A stretch of DNA of 32,000 bases, taken from positions 2,310,001-2,342,000 of the forward strand of contig OW818675.1 of assembly GCA_942493095.1 (NCBI GenBank), given 5' to 3'. Under the pieces are notes generated by a model. The model saw only the letters and a list, made by a program, of their open reading frames with translations. It had not been told where the DNA came from and made no database searches. Positions 10,233 to 19,028 of the stretch are shown here, one piece after another. Position 1 is the first letter of the stretch. Every line of letters starts with the position of its first letter. This DNA is from Candidatus Electronema halotolerans (lineage in GTDB: Bacteria; Desulfobacterota; Desulfobulbia; Desulfobulbales; Desulfobulbaceae). A program made the translations under genes and the position numbers.

Positions 10233-10640
10233 TCAATGTAACCCTTTTTCATTGAAAAAGCTGCTGTATTTTTTATCGGTGCCCTTGATGTGGCCTTGCA
10301 GCCAGTCGCGAAGGAAATACAGGGTTTCAATAGTGACCGTCAGCCTGCCGTGTTCAAAATCGTTCTTGAAATCAGAGACCTTTTTGACAAAGGCATTGTG
10401 TTCTCGGATATGACTGACCGAGTCAGGGTATTTAAATTCAAGAAAATACTTTTCTTCGACCTTGAAATGGGTGTCTGTGTAGCTGATCAAGCCGTTCAGG
10501 ATTTTTCCCAGCGCATCTTTGCCATGTCCTGCCTTCATGGCATTATGCAGTTCATTGATCATGGCCACCAATTTCTGATGCTGCCGGTCAATTTCGCTCA
10601 CATTGACGCTCATGCTGCTGTCCCAAACAATCAAACCCAT
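10233..10640 (-). CDS. Bacteriohemerythrin
   Basis: 135 aa with IDRQHQKLVAMINELHNAM ... THFKVEEKYF ... HIREHNAF ... LRDWLQGHIKGTDKKY iron-ligand signature. Confidence 0.95.
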   Translation of the reverse strand: MGLIVWDSSMSVNVSEIDRQHQKLVAMINELHNAMKAGHGKDALGKILNGLISYTDTHFKVEEKYFLEFKYPDSVSHIREHNAFVKKVSDFKNDFEHGRLTVTIETLYFLRDWLQGHIKGTDKKYSSFFNEKGLH

Positions 10641-10789
10641 TGTTTCCTCCGTCTTGTGATTGATTTGTTTTATGATTTATTTCTGACGCTGTAGGGGCAA
10701 GCCCCCGTGTCCGCCCACCTCTCGCCATGCAGCACCGGGTCGGCCACAAAGGGCCACCCTTACGGGAGAGAGACAGATGGCATCCATCA

Positions 10790-12013
10790 TCAGCCAGAGC
10801 CATGCCGCAGCAGCGGCGCAATGGCGGCAAAGACCTGCTCCACGGTGATCGCCTGCAGACATTTGTTGTCTGTGCAGGGAGTTTTGCGGTGATTGGCCGC
10901 GCTGACACAAGGTGAGCAGGCCAGTCCGGCAGATATCGGCGTGGAATTGCCGAGTGACCCATACAGGTTGGGCGTTTCCGGGCCAAAGAGGACAAAGGTC
11001 GGCAGCGACGTGATTGCAGAAAAATGCCCTGGCCCGGAGTCGTTGGTCACCATGAGCAAGGCAATGGAGTAGAGCAGGGGCAGCTCGGCCAGCCGCACTG
11101 CTCCAGCAAAGTTAAGGCAGCGGCTGCTGTTCACGACCCGGCACTGCTCTGCCGCTTCCTCGTGCTCTGACAGTGCGCCGGTGATCAGCACCAAGACATC
11201 CGGGGCTGCGGCGAGAATGCGTTGCATCAGCTCCACATATCGCTCTGGCAGCCAGCGGCGCTGGGGCAGCATTTCGCTGGCATTGGGGTTGATCAGCACC
11301 AAGCGGTGCCGGGTGCGGTCATATTCAGGATAGTGTTCCGCCACCTGCCTGCGCATTTCCTCCAGTTCCGCTGCCGTGAAACTGACACGCGGCAGCGTGA
11401 TCTCCTCGTCACGGATCGTCTGCTTGGAATAGGGCAGCTCCGGCTCCTCTGCCAGCAGACTGTTGGCTAAGGCAATGAAGTTTTTGGCAATATGCAGATG
11501 CGGATTATAGGCCACCCGATGGGTGAGCATCTCACCTCGATACAAACCTTCGCCGCAGAAACGGTGAAAGCCGACCCGCTGGGCCGCGCCGCTCGCGCCG
11601 GTGAGCAGGGCGGTGAAGCGGGAAAAGAGTTCCAGATCAATCACGGTGTCAATGCGCCGCTGCCGGGTCCAGCGGAGAAAGCGCAGGGTGTCCCACGTAA
11701 GAACAAACAAATTGGTTTCGCGCAGGGTGAAGATGTTTACTGGCGGCACGGTGTTGAGCAGATCAAGACTGGCCCGGTTGCAGGCAAAGATGACAAAGAA
11801 CAGTTCCGCGCCTAATTGCTCTTTGGCCTTGCGCAGGGCCGGATCAGCAAGAATGGTGGAACCCATCTCGGACAGCTCGATGAACAAGATGCGCTGAGGC
11901 CGGGCCGCTGCCGGGCGGAACAGCATTTCTCGCAGCCGGAGCAGCTGGGTCAGAAGGAAGGTGAGCGGAATGCCGAGCCAGCGGTCCACCGCCCGCATTG
12001 TGTCAACGTTCAT
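10790..12013 (-). CDS. Glycosyltransferase family 9 (heptosyltransferase-like)
   Basis: RILFIELSEMGSTILADPAL N-terminus; INPNASEMLPQRRWLPERYVELM; TNDSGPGHFSAITSLPTFVLFGPETPNLY. Confidence 0.9.
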   Translation of the reverse strand: MNVDTMRAVDRWLGIPLTFLLTQLLRLREMLFRPAAARPQRILFIELSEMGSTILADPALRKAKEQLGAELFFVIFACNRASLDLLNTVPPVNIFTLRETNLFVLTWDTLRFLRWTRQRRIDTVIDLELFSRFTALLTGASGAAQRVGFHRFCGEGLYRGEMLTHRVAYNPHLHIAKNFIALANSLLAEEPELPYSKQTIRDEEITLPRVSFTAAELEEMRRQVAEHYPEYDRTRHRLVLINPNASEMLPQRRWLPERYVELMQRILAAAPDVLVLITGALSEHEEAAEQCRVVNSSRCLNFAGAVRLAELPLLYSIALLMVTNDSGPGHFSAITSLPTFVLFGPETPNLYGSLGNSTPISAGLACSPCVSAANHRKTPCTDNKCLQAITVEQVFAAIAPLLRHGSG

Positions 12014-12947
12014 TGGCGCGGACAGGCTGTTTTTCGGTCAGATAGACCAGTAGGCCGGGCAGGGAAGATGCCAGCATGATCAGGCCGTAAAGCAGGGACA
12101 GGGCCAAGACAGTCTCCTTGTCCGCGCCGATGAGGAGGAAAAAGCCGACCATTGCTCCCTCGCGCACCCCCCAGCCAGCCAGCGAAATCGGCAGAATGGT
12201 GAGCAGGATCACCGGCGGCACTAAGACTAAATAGATATGAAAAGCATAATTCAGCCCAAGCGCTCTGCCGATCAGGAAAAAGGTGCTCATGGCCAGCAGA
12301 TGAATAAAGACGGACAGACTGAGCTGGATGCTGACTGAGGACAGGGATGAATAGACCTGAAAATAGCGTTCTGAGAGACGGCCCAGAAAGCCAAGATATT
12401 TGCCTGCCGTGAAAAGCGAAAACTTGCGCAGAAGGAAGAGCAGGATCAATCCGGCAGTCAGGGCTGAGAGAATAAGCAGCAGAGGATACTCGACACGTGG
12501 CGGCAGCAGGTGATGACTGATGAGCAGAGCGGTCATGTTGAGCAGAAGCAGTCCGGTCAGGCCGACCACCCGGTCAATGAAGACACCGAAAAAGGCATCT
12601 TCTGTCCGGCTGCCTTGGCGGGCGCAGTCCAAGATGCGGATGCCGTCGCCGCCAATGCTGGTCGGCAGGCCCTGATTAAAGAACACGCCTTTGAAATAAC
12701 TCTGCACATAAAAGCTGACTGGTTGCTGGAAGCCGAGCTGGATCATGATCAGCCGCCAGCGCAAGGCGGCTGTAGCATTGCAGGCGGTCTGACAGAGCAG
12801 GGCGGCCAGCAAATACAAGGGTGAGGCGGTTGCTATGGCCTCAGCAGTGCTCCTGCTGTCAACGCTGCGGAAGATCAGAAAAAGGAGCAGCCCGGCCACA
12901 GCCAGCTTGAGGCCGGATTTCTTGAGGGCGGAATCAGTGCTTTTCAT
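12003..12947 (-). CDS. Lysylphosphatidylglycerol synthase TM region/flippase-like domain protein (UPF0104-like)
   Basis: Start MKSTDSALKKSGLKLAVAGLL at 12947; ALRWRLIMIQLG, FKGVFFNQGLPTSIGGDGIRI, LPISLAGWGVREGAMVGFF motifs. Confidence 0.9.
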   Translation of the reverse strand: MKSTDSALKKSGLKLAVAGLLLFLIFRSVDSRSTAEAIATASPLYLLAALLCQTACNATAALRWRLIMIQLGFQQPVSFYVQSYFKGVFFNQGLPTSIGGDGIRILDCARQGSRTEDAFFGVFIDRVVGLTGLLLLNMTALLISHHLLPPRVEYPLLLILSALTAGLILLFLLRKFSLFTAGKYLGFLGRLSERYFQVYSSLSSVSIQLSLSVFIHLLAMSTFFLIGRALGLNYAFHIYLVLVPPVILLTILPISLAGWGVREGAMVGFFLLIGADKETVLALSLLYGLIMLASSLPGLLVYLTEKQPVRANER

Positions 12948-14352
12948 GCTGCTTGACTGCGGTTTGACAAACAGGACAGGGTTTGAAGCCAGCCTTGCGG
13001 GCCAGCTGGACATCACGGAATTCCAACGAGGAAGTGCGCTGGCCGTACTGGCCGCAGCCGGGCAGATGGAAAAGGCCGCTGTCCGGGTCAGCATGCACTA
13101 AGAGTCCGGCTTTGGGCCGGTTCCGCCGCCGCAGAACCGTGTGCTTGCGCGGCCAGGATTTGGTCAGCCGCTGCCAGGGCCTGCGCAGCAGCAGCTCAAC
13201 CGCTTGGCTCAAGGCGGCGGTGATCAGTTCAGGAATCAGGGGCCGTTCCTGCTCAACCCGGCGGAAGACAGTCATGGTCAGGACAACAAAGATGAGGTTG
13301 GGCAGCCACATCGCCGCTGTCACTGGCAGGGTGCGGTCCTCGCCCATGACTTGAAATATAGTGGAAACAATGTAATAGAGGACAAAAAAAGCCAAGCCCA
13401 GCGGCAGGCCCACTGCCCGGCGGCCCGGCCCGGCCTGCAAGCCCAGCGGAATGCCGAGCAGGCTGAGGATTAGACAGCCAGCTGGCATGGCCAGCCGGTG
13501 ATGATATTCAGTCATGAAGGTGATCGCATCCTGGGGATGCACATCCGGCTGCCGGGCTGCGGTCAGGAGCTGCTCCTGCGACATGCTGCTCTTGCTCAAC
13601 TGGGTGACATCATCGCCGTCAATGCGGGTCGGCGGCTGCAAGGGAATCTGGAGCTGATAGCGGCGAAAATGGACTATCTGGCCGTCATAGCTGTCCGTGC
13701 TGTGCAGGGTGCCGTCCTCCAGCACAATCGTGACCGCCATCCTGCTGATGTCCGCCTTCATGCGTCCGCGCTTGGCCATGATGATGTTGGGCTGCTGGCG
13801 GCCCCGCATGTCCGAGACATAGACCCCGGTCCAGCGGTCGTCCTGGTCGGTCTGATCAACATAGACCACCACTTCGCCCAAGGCTTCGGTGAATTTCTTC
13901 TCCTTGATGCCCTTGTCGATTTTCTCCTTGGCCAACTGGTACATGAGCTGACGCATGGCGATTTCACCGGCAGGAATCAACCGGACTGAGAAATAGCCGG
14001 TCAGCAGGGAAATTGCCGCCGCCAGCAGCAGCACGGGCGGCAGCATCCGGCGCAGGCTGATGCCGCAGGTCTTGAAGGCTAAAATCTCCCGCTCATTGGT
14101 CAGCCGGGTGAAGCCGATGATCACCCCGGTCATGCTGGCCATAGGAATGACATAGAGCAGCATGTGAGGAAAGATGTAGGCGAAAAGACGGATGAAATCG
14201 GCAGTGCCAATGCCAAGGTCCAGAACAATTTCCAGCAAAGGAATCAGCCGGACTAAGAAAAAAACTCCGTACAAGATGATGAAGCTGGCAAAAAACGGGG
14301 CCAGCAGCTCGGCGGCAATATAACTGTACAGGAGCAGGGGCAGGCGCATCAT
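12934..14352 (-). CDS. LptF/LptG family lipopolysaccharide export permease with C-terminal Cys/His module
   Basis: 472 aa; MRLPLLLYSYIAAELLAPFFASFIILYGVFFLVRLIPLLEI ... GFTRLTNEREILAFKTCGIS ... GIPLGLQAGPGRRAVGLPLGLAFFVLYYI; extra C-terminal LFHLPGCGQYGQRTSSLEFRDVQLARKAGFKPCPVC. Confidence 0.92.
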   Translation of the reverse strand: MMRLPLLLYSYIAAELLAPFFASFIILYGVFFLVRLIPLLEIVLDLGIGTADFIRLFAYIFPHMLLYVIPMASMTGVIIGFTRLTNEREILAFKTCGISLRRMLPPVLLLAAAISLLTGYFSVRLIPAGEIAMRQLMYQLAKEKIDKGIKEKKFTEALGEVVVYVDQTDQDDRWTGVYVSDMRGRQQPNIIMAKRGRMKADISRMAVTIVLEDGTLHSTDSYDGQIVHFRRYQLQIPLQPPTRIDGDDVTQLSKSSMSQEQLLTAARQPDVHPQDAITFMTEYHHRLAMPAGCLILSLLGIPLGLQAGPGRRAVGLPLGLAFFVLYYIVSTIFQVMGEDRTLPVTAAMWLPNLIFVVLTMTVFRRVEQERPLIPELITAALSQAVELLLRRPWQRLTKSWPRKHTVLRRRNRPKAGLLVHADPDSGLFHLPGCGQYGQRTSSLEFRDVQLARKAGFKPCPVCQTAVKQHEKH

Positions 14353-15738
14353 TCACCTGATGACCTTGTTGATGTTGACATCAATCCAGTGCTGATCCCA
14401 CCATTCAGTCGGGGTGACAAAAATGCCATGCACAAGCATGGCAAAATGAAGATGATCGCCGCCTGCCATGCCCGTGTTGCCGGTGCGGCCGATCACTTCA
14501 TCCTTGGCCACGGTCTTGCCGACTGCGGTTTCAATCCGGCTCAGATGCGAGTAGAGGCTGGCTAATCCCTGACCGTGGTCAATAATGATCATGTTGCCGT
14601 AGATGCCCAGATATTCGGCAAAGATGACCCGGCCCCGGTTGGCGGCCCGCACCTCAGCCCGGGCGGTGGAGGCGAGATCAATGCCGAGATGAGTCTGATG
14701 ATCAATGGGCTGGCCTTTGTAATAATAGGTGCGCTGATCCGCATAACCTGCTCTTTTGGCACCGGGCATGCGGAGAAAACGGTCATGCCAGAGCTGCTCC
14801 GGCACGGTGTCGCGGCAGACGGCGGCAATCTTCTCGGCATTGCTGACCCGGACCTTGTTGTTGACAAAGAGATATTTCTCGATATTTGTCGTCCCCGGCA
14901 TTTCCGGGTAGTATTCTTGAAATTCCGGGATTTTCTTATTCAAGAAGCCGTCCGAGATATTGATGCGGTCTGTCTTGTCCTTGGCCGGTTTGAAATGCGC
15001 GCTGAAGGAAGCCTGCCCCTGATTGCCTGCCTGATCAACGGCAATCACTTGCGTTTCCTCCAATTTTTCACTCTTCCACGGCAGGGCCAGATAGGCGACG
15101 AAGAGGTTGTTTTTGCCTGCCACAGGATAGCCTTGAAAAAAGCGTTTGCCGAGCATGGCCCCGTGCTTTTCGCAGGCCTCGGAAAGGCTGTACAGGACAA
15201 TGCCGCTGCCGCCCGGCATGAGCTGGAGCGGGGCATGATCAATCATCACCTTGGGCGCGCTGCTGTCAACAGTGACTGGCAGGTGAACTTCCGTGGTGTT
15301 GCGCTTGAGGGAGAAGTCCCGCACCATCAGCACCAAGTCTGCCGCCCCTTCCTTGAGCGCGGATTTTTTTGCGTCAATGGCCACGGTTTCCCGAACCTCT
15401 GCCGGGCCGGCCTGGGAAAGCCAGGACTGCCGGGGAAACTGCCGCTCAAAGAGCGGATACACAGTGCTGTTCTGCCGCAGCGTGATGGAAATTTCGCTGA
15501 TGCCGCTTTTCCGGTCCGCAGCATGAAAGGGCAGTTCCACAGACCCCCCGATGAACTTGATATCCCGGTCAACCGCAACAACAGGCCGTTCAAATTCAAA
15601 GAGGATGAATCCTGCGGCAACGATTCCTGCAACTGCCAGCAGCAACAGGAGGAGCATGGCCGAGCGGCCTATGCCCTTTGCATTGGCGGAACGGAAATAG
15701 CTGCCAAATCTGCTTCTGTTTTTCCTGAGTCTCATCAA
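14353..15738 (-). CDS. M23 family metallopeptidase, membrane anchored
   Basis: 461 aa; N-terminal TM; HQTHLGIDLASTARAEVRAANRGRVIFAEYLGIYGNMIIIDHGQGLASLYSHLS ... GNTGMAGGDHLHFAMLVHG (HxG...D and HxH LytM motifs). Confidence 0.94.
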   Translation of the reverse strand: MMRLRKNRSRFGSYFRSANAKGIGRSAMLLLLLLAVAGIVAAGFILFEFERPVVAVDRDIKFIGGSVELPFHAADRKSGISEISITLRQNSTVYPLFERQFPRQSWLSQAGPAEVRETVAIDAKKSALKEGAADLVLMVRDFSLKRNTTEVHLPVTVDSSAPKVMIDHAPLQLMPGGSGIVLYSLSEACEKHGAMLGKRFFQGYPVAGKNNLFVAYLALPWKSEKLEETQVIAVDQAGNQGQASFSAHFKPAKDKTDRINISDGFLNKKIPEFQEYYPEMPGTTNIEKYLFVNNKVRVSNAEKIAAVCRDTVPEQLWHDRFLRMPGAKRAGYADQRTYYYKGQPIDHQTHLGIDLASTARAEVRAANRGRVIFAEYLGIYGNMIIIDHGQGLASLYSHLSRIETAVGKTVAKDEVIGRTGNTGMAGGDHLHFAMLVHGIFVTPTEWWDQHWIDVNINKVIR

Positions 15739-15789
15739 TTTGCCTCATCTTCAGATTTCCGATTTCAGGCCGGGCGGCTTCTTGCCTGC

Positions 15790-17319
15790 TCATTCATTCC
15801 AGATGATTTCATACCGCTGGGCATGGAAATCAGGCACTGGCACCGGCGCAATTTTTTTGCTGACCGCCTGTTCGAGCTGGCGGACTTGGACAGCTTCATC
15901 CCGCAGGAGCAGTTCGGCCAGACGCGGATTGACCCGCACCGTGACGCTCCGCCCGTCAATTTTATCGGCATCACGGGCAATGCGCCGAAAAATCTCATAG
16001 CAGACCGTGCGCCGGGACTTGACCACCCCTTCGCCGTTGCAGTAGGGACAGCTTTCATTCAAGGTCTGGGCCAGATTCTCGCTCAACCGCTGCCGGGTCA
16101 TCTGCACCAGGCCGAATTCTGAAACCTTGAGGATGTTGACCCGGCTGCGGTCTTTGGCCATGACCTCGCTGAGGGCGCGGTTCAGGGCCTCCCGGTCCTG
16201 CTCGCTCTCCATGTCAATGAAATCAACAATAATGATGCCGCCAATGTTGCGCAGGCGGAGCTGGGCCGCAATCTCCTGCATCGCCTCCATATTGGTCTTG
16301 AAGATGGTCTCGCCGAGATTGTTCCGGCCCACATAGCGGCCCGTGTTGACATCAATCACGGTCAGGGCCTCAGTGGTCTCTATGATAATATACCCGCCCG
16401 AACGCAGCCAGACCTTTTTGTCCGCTGCCCGGCTGATCGCGGTTTCAATGCCGTAGGCTTCAAACAGGGGCAGCTCGCCGTCGTAATGGACAATTCGGCT
16501 TTTGAGCTTGGGCGCGAAGGTGCTGACAAAACGGAAGAGCCGCTCATGCACCTCCTCGGAATCAACCACAACCTCGTTGATGCTCTCTGTCAGCAGGTCG
16601 CGGGCCGCCTTGAGCACCAAGTCAATGTCCTTATGCACCAGCTCAGGCGCGGCAGCGCGGCGGGCCGAGGTCTGGATTTCATCCCAGAGCATGAGGAGAA
16701 ATTCCATGTCCGCCTCCAGCTCCGCGCCGCTGATCTTGGCGGCGGCAGTGCGGACAATGAAGCCGGTGCCAGCCGGACGGAGCCGCTCAATTTTCCGGCG
16801 CAGCTCCTCGCGGATGCCTTCGTCCTCAATTTTGCGGGAAACGCCGATATGATCGGTCTGGGGCATGAAGACCAAGTTGCGGCAGGCAAGGGTGATATGG
16901 CAGGTCAGGCGCGCTCCCTTGGTGCCGAGCGGGTCTTTGGCCACTTGCACCAGCACGGTCTGGCCTTCCTTGAGAAGCTGCTCAATGCCGGGCTGGGCTG
17001 AACAGCGTTTGCTCAGAGCGGGATTGTCAGGATAATGCCGTCGGCAGCAGGGCGCTTCCTCGTCCGACCGTTCCTCAGCATTGGGCGCGGCAGCGGCATG
17101 AACATCATCGACATAGAGAAAGCCGGTGCGCTCCAAGCCGACATCGACAAAGGCGGCCTGCATTCCGGGCAGGACCCGCACCACCTTGCCGCAGTAAATA
17201 TTGCCGACCAAGCCCTGCTCCGCAGGCCGCTCTATATGGAATTCCAGCAGTCTGCCGCCTTCAACCAAGGCGATCCGGTTTTCATAAGGGGCGGCATTGA
17301 TCAGGATGTCTGTGTACAT
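15790..17319 (-). CDS. rng: Ribonuclease E/G family protein
   Basis: 509 aa; NIYCGKVVRVLPGMQAAFVDVGLERTGFLYV S1-like domain; IIVDFIDMESEQDREALNRAL; SEFGLVQMTRQRLSENL; CPYCNGEGVV. Confidence 0.95.
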   Translation of the reverse strand: MYTDILINAAPYENRIALVEGGRLLEFHIERPAEQGLVGNIYCGKVVRVLPGMQAAFVDVGLERTGFLYVDDVHAAAAPNAEERSDEEAPCCRRHYPDNPALSKRCSAQPGIEQLLKEGQTVLVQVAKDPLGTKGARLTCHITLACRNLVFMPQTDHIGVSRKIEDEGIREELRRKIERLRPAGTGFIVRTAAAKISGAELEADMEFLLMLWDEIQTSARRAAAPELVHKDIDLVLKAARDLLTESINEVVVDSEEVHERLFRFVSTFAPKLKSRIVHYDGELPLFEAYGIETAISRAADKKVWLRSGGYIIIETTEALTVIDVNTGRYVGRNNLGETIFKTNMEAMQEIAAQLRLRNIGGIIIVDFIDMESEQDREALNRALSEVMAKDRSRVNILKVSEFGLVQMTRQRLSENLAQTLNESCPYCNGEGVVKSRRTVCYEIFRRIARDADKIDGRSVTVRVNPRLAELLLRDEAVQVRQLEQAVSKKIAPVPVPDFHAQRYEIIWNE

Positions 17320-17544
17320 AATGAGTAATCATTGCTGCGGGCAACAGGCATGGTCTGACAGTGCGCCTTGGGCGGCGAAACAGCAGTGTTTCAGATCACG
17401 GATGTCGGGCAATTTTGCTGCAAAAACCGACCTGCTGTCGGCAGTAAGAAAAAAAATGATGCAATCATACTCCGCCCTGCCCCGCCTCACAAGAGGAGCG
17501 GCAGTTCTGCTGGACATTCTCGCGGATTTTTTTTATGATGCGCC

Positions 17545-17898
17545 ATGTCTGAACGAAAGAACACATCTCACCTTTATAAAGCCTTGATCTGGTCTGTCAA
17601 AGGTCTGGCTGCCGGATGGCAGGAAACGGCCTTTCGGCAGGAAATCGCGATGCTCTGCATTCTTGGCCCGGCAGCAATGTTCCTTGGTCAGAGCGGCGTG
17701 GAGCGGGCCATGCTCCTTGGCAGCCTGCTCATCGTGCTGCTTGTCGAGCTGCTCAACAGTGCTGTTGAGGCGGCCATTGACCGCATCGGCCTGGAACGGC
17801 ATCCGCTTTCCGGCAGGGCCAAGGACTTGGCTTCAGCAGCGGTCTGCATCAGCTTGATCAATGCTGCCTTGGTCTGGCTGTTGATTCTGATCGGGTAG
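17545..17898 (+). CDS. dgkA: Diacylglycerol kinase (prokaryotic type)
   Basis: 117 aa; AWQETAFRQEIAMLCILG ... VELLNSAVEAAIDRIG...HPLSGRAKDLASAAV. Confidence 0.93.
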   Translation: MSERKNTSHLYKALIWSVKGLAAGWQETAFRQEIAMLCILGPAAMFLGQSGVERAMLLGSLLIVLLVELLNSAVEAAIDRIGLERHPLSGRAKDLASAAVCISLINAALVWLLILIG

Positions 17899-17922
17899 GG
17901 GCGAAAAATTTTTCGCCCCTAC
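17895..17922. terminator. Perfect 28-bp palindrome between convergent genes, probable bidirectional terminator
   Basis: GTAGGGGCGAAAAATTTTTCGCCCCTAC, fully self-complementary, GC-rich arms with A5/T5 core; near-identical copy at 25927-25954. Confidence 0.7.
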
Positions 17923-19028
17923 AGCATGATGCCGCTGATTTTGCTGCCGTCATCGGAACGACTGACGAACACGCTGCTGAAACCCAGCGTTGTTGCTATC
18001 CTGCCGACAAAATCCGCTTCATTATCACAGCAAATAATTTGCCCGTGCCGGGTGAAGCGCAGCTCATTCTGGACATGATCCAAGCAGGTGATGAGCAAAT
18101 GCCGATTTTTTGTTGAACGAATCAAGTCGTCCCGGCTGATTGCATATTCGAGCAGATCAAGATCAAGCAGGCTGCGCCGGAACTGGCCCTGAAAGCGGTT
18201 GCAGACATTGGTCTCCTGCGGATTGGCCCTGATATTGTGCGGCAGATGCTCGTTGCTCATCGGGCCGTCGCCGTGCCGAGTCTGATAGGCGCGGCTGACA
18301 AGCCAGACTTCCATTTCGCCACCGCTGTTCAGGGCTATTGCATGAGCTGTGCCAGTGTTGGAACGGGTGACATAGGGGAAAAAGCCGAAGTGCTGATCAA
18401 GCAGCAATCCCTGCGAACCCTCATAAATCAGGTCGCTCCAAGCACCGCTCGGCAAACCGTCTGTCCTGCGGATGTACGGCGAGCTGACCGCCTCAGCGCA
18501 GCAGTCCAAAAACGCTTCCAAAGAAACATCAGTATATTCTTTATAGAAGAAACGGCGGAGCAGGTCAAGGCGGGTTTCCAGCACCCAAGGATAAAAGAGA
18601 TCGCCAAAGGTGAGGGAAAAGTGCTGCTCCTCGCGGTTGATCGTATCGCCTGCGCCGACTCCGCAGCTGCCGTGCGGATGATGCTGCTGGTTGCGGGCAA
18701 TGTCGTAGGGAGTGGTGACAGGGCAGCGGCCATCAATAAAAAGCAATGGCTGCACACCCTTGTCTAAGAGGACATGCAGCTCGTTGATCAGGCCGACCGG
18801 CTCAACTGTGCAGAAAGGGGAAAAATAGCTCGGCGCGCCTTGCAAGGTGCCGGAGCCGAAGTTGGAAAAAACATGGCGCAGGCCGTTTGCGCACACAGTA
18901 TGCCCGGCCTGCTGGCCGCCGGAAAAACGGATCACCAGCGGCTTGGCGCAGCTTCGGCAGAGCCAGTCTGTGACTAAACCCTTGCCCTCGTCGCCAAAGC
19001 CTGCGCCAATGACAACCTTGCTGCTCAA
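17919..19028 (-). CDS. Divergent adenylosuccinate synthetase superfamily (PurA-like) protein
   Basis: 369 aa from TTG start; VVIGAGFGDEGKGLVTDWLC, GGQQAGHTV, YEGSQGLLLDQHFGFFPYVTRSNTGT, TRHGDGPMSNE align with canonical PurA motifs, but TTGRxRR and TKLD motifs are not conserved. Confidence 0.88.
   Translation of the reverse strand: MSSKVVIGAGFGDEGKGLVTDWLCRSCAKPLVIRFSGGQQAGHTVCANGLRHVFSNFGSGTLQGAPSYFSPFCTVEPVGLINELHVLLDKGVQPLLFIDGRCPVTTPYDIARNQQHHPHGSCGVGAGDTINREEQHFSLTFGDLFYPWVLETRLDLLRRFFYKEYTDVSLEAFLDCCAEAVSSPYIRRTDGLPSGAWSDLIYEGSQGLLLDQHFGFFPYVTRSNTGTAHAIALNSGGEMEVWLVSRAYQTRHGDGPMSNEHLPHNIRANPQETNVCNRFQGQFRRSLLDLDLLEYAISRDDLIRSTKNRHLLITCLDHVQNELRFTRHGQIICCDNEADFVGRIATTLGFSSVFVSRSDDGSKISGIML

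Noticed and set aside
9034-10413. Plus-strand ORF of 459 aa
   Set aside because: Antisense to gyrA and the hemerythrin gene, no recognisable family signature.
10690-10780. GTAGGGGCAAGCCCCCGTGTCCGCCC-like GC-rich repeat in the gap upstream of the hemerythrin
   Set aside because: Looks like a common dispersed intergenic repeat; no coding or structural evidence beyond short imperfect complementarity.
14575-16122. Long plus-strand ORF of 515 aa
   Set aside because: Antisense to clearly recognisable M23 peptidase and rng genes; composition typical of the shadow frame of GC-rich coding DNA.
19025-19028. vWA protein as part of a TerY- or MoxR-type tellurite/AAA+ system
   Set aside because: No MoxR-type ATPase, Ter proteins, PP2C phosphatase or kinase found next to it in the window.
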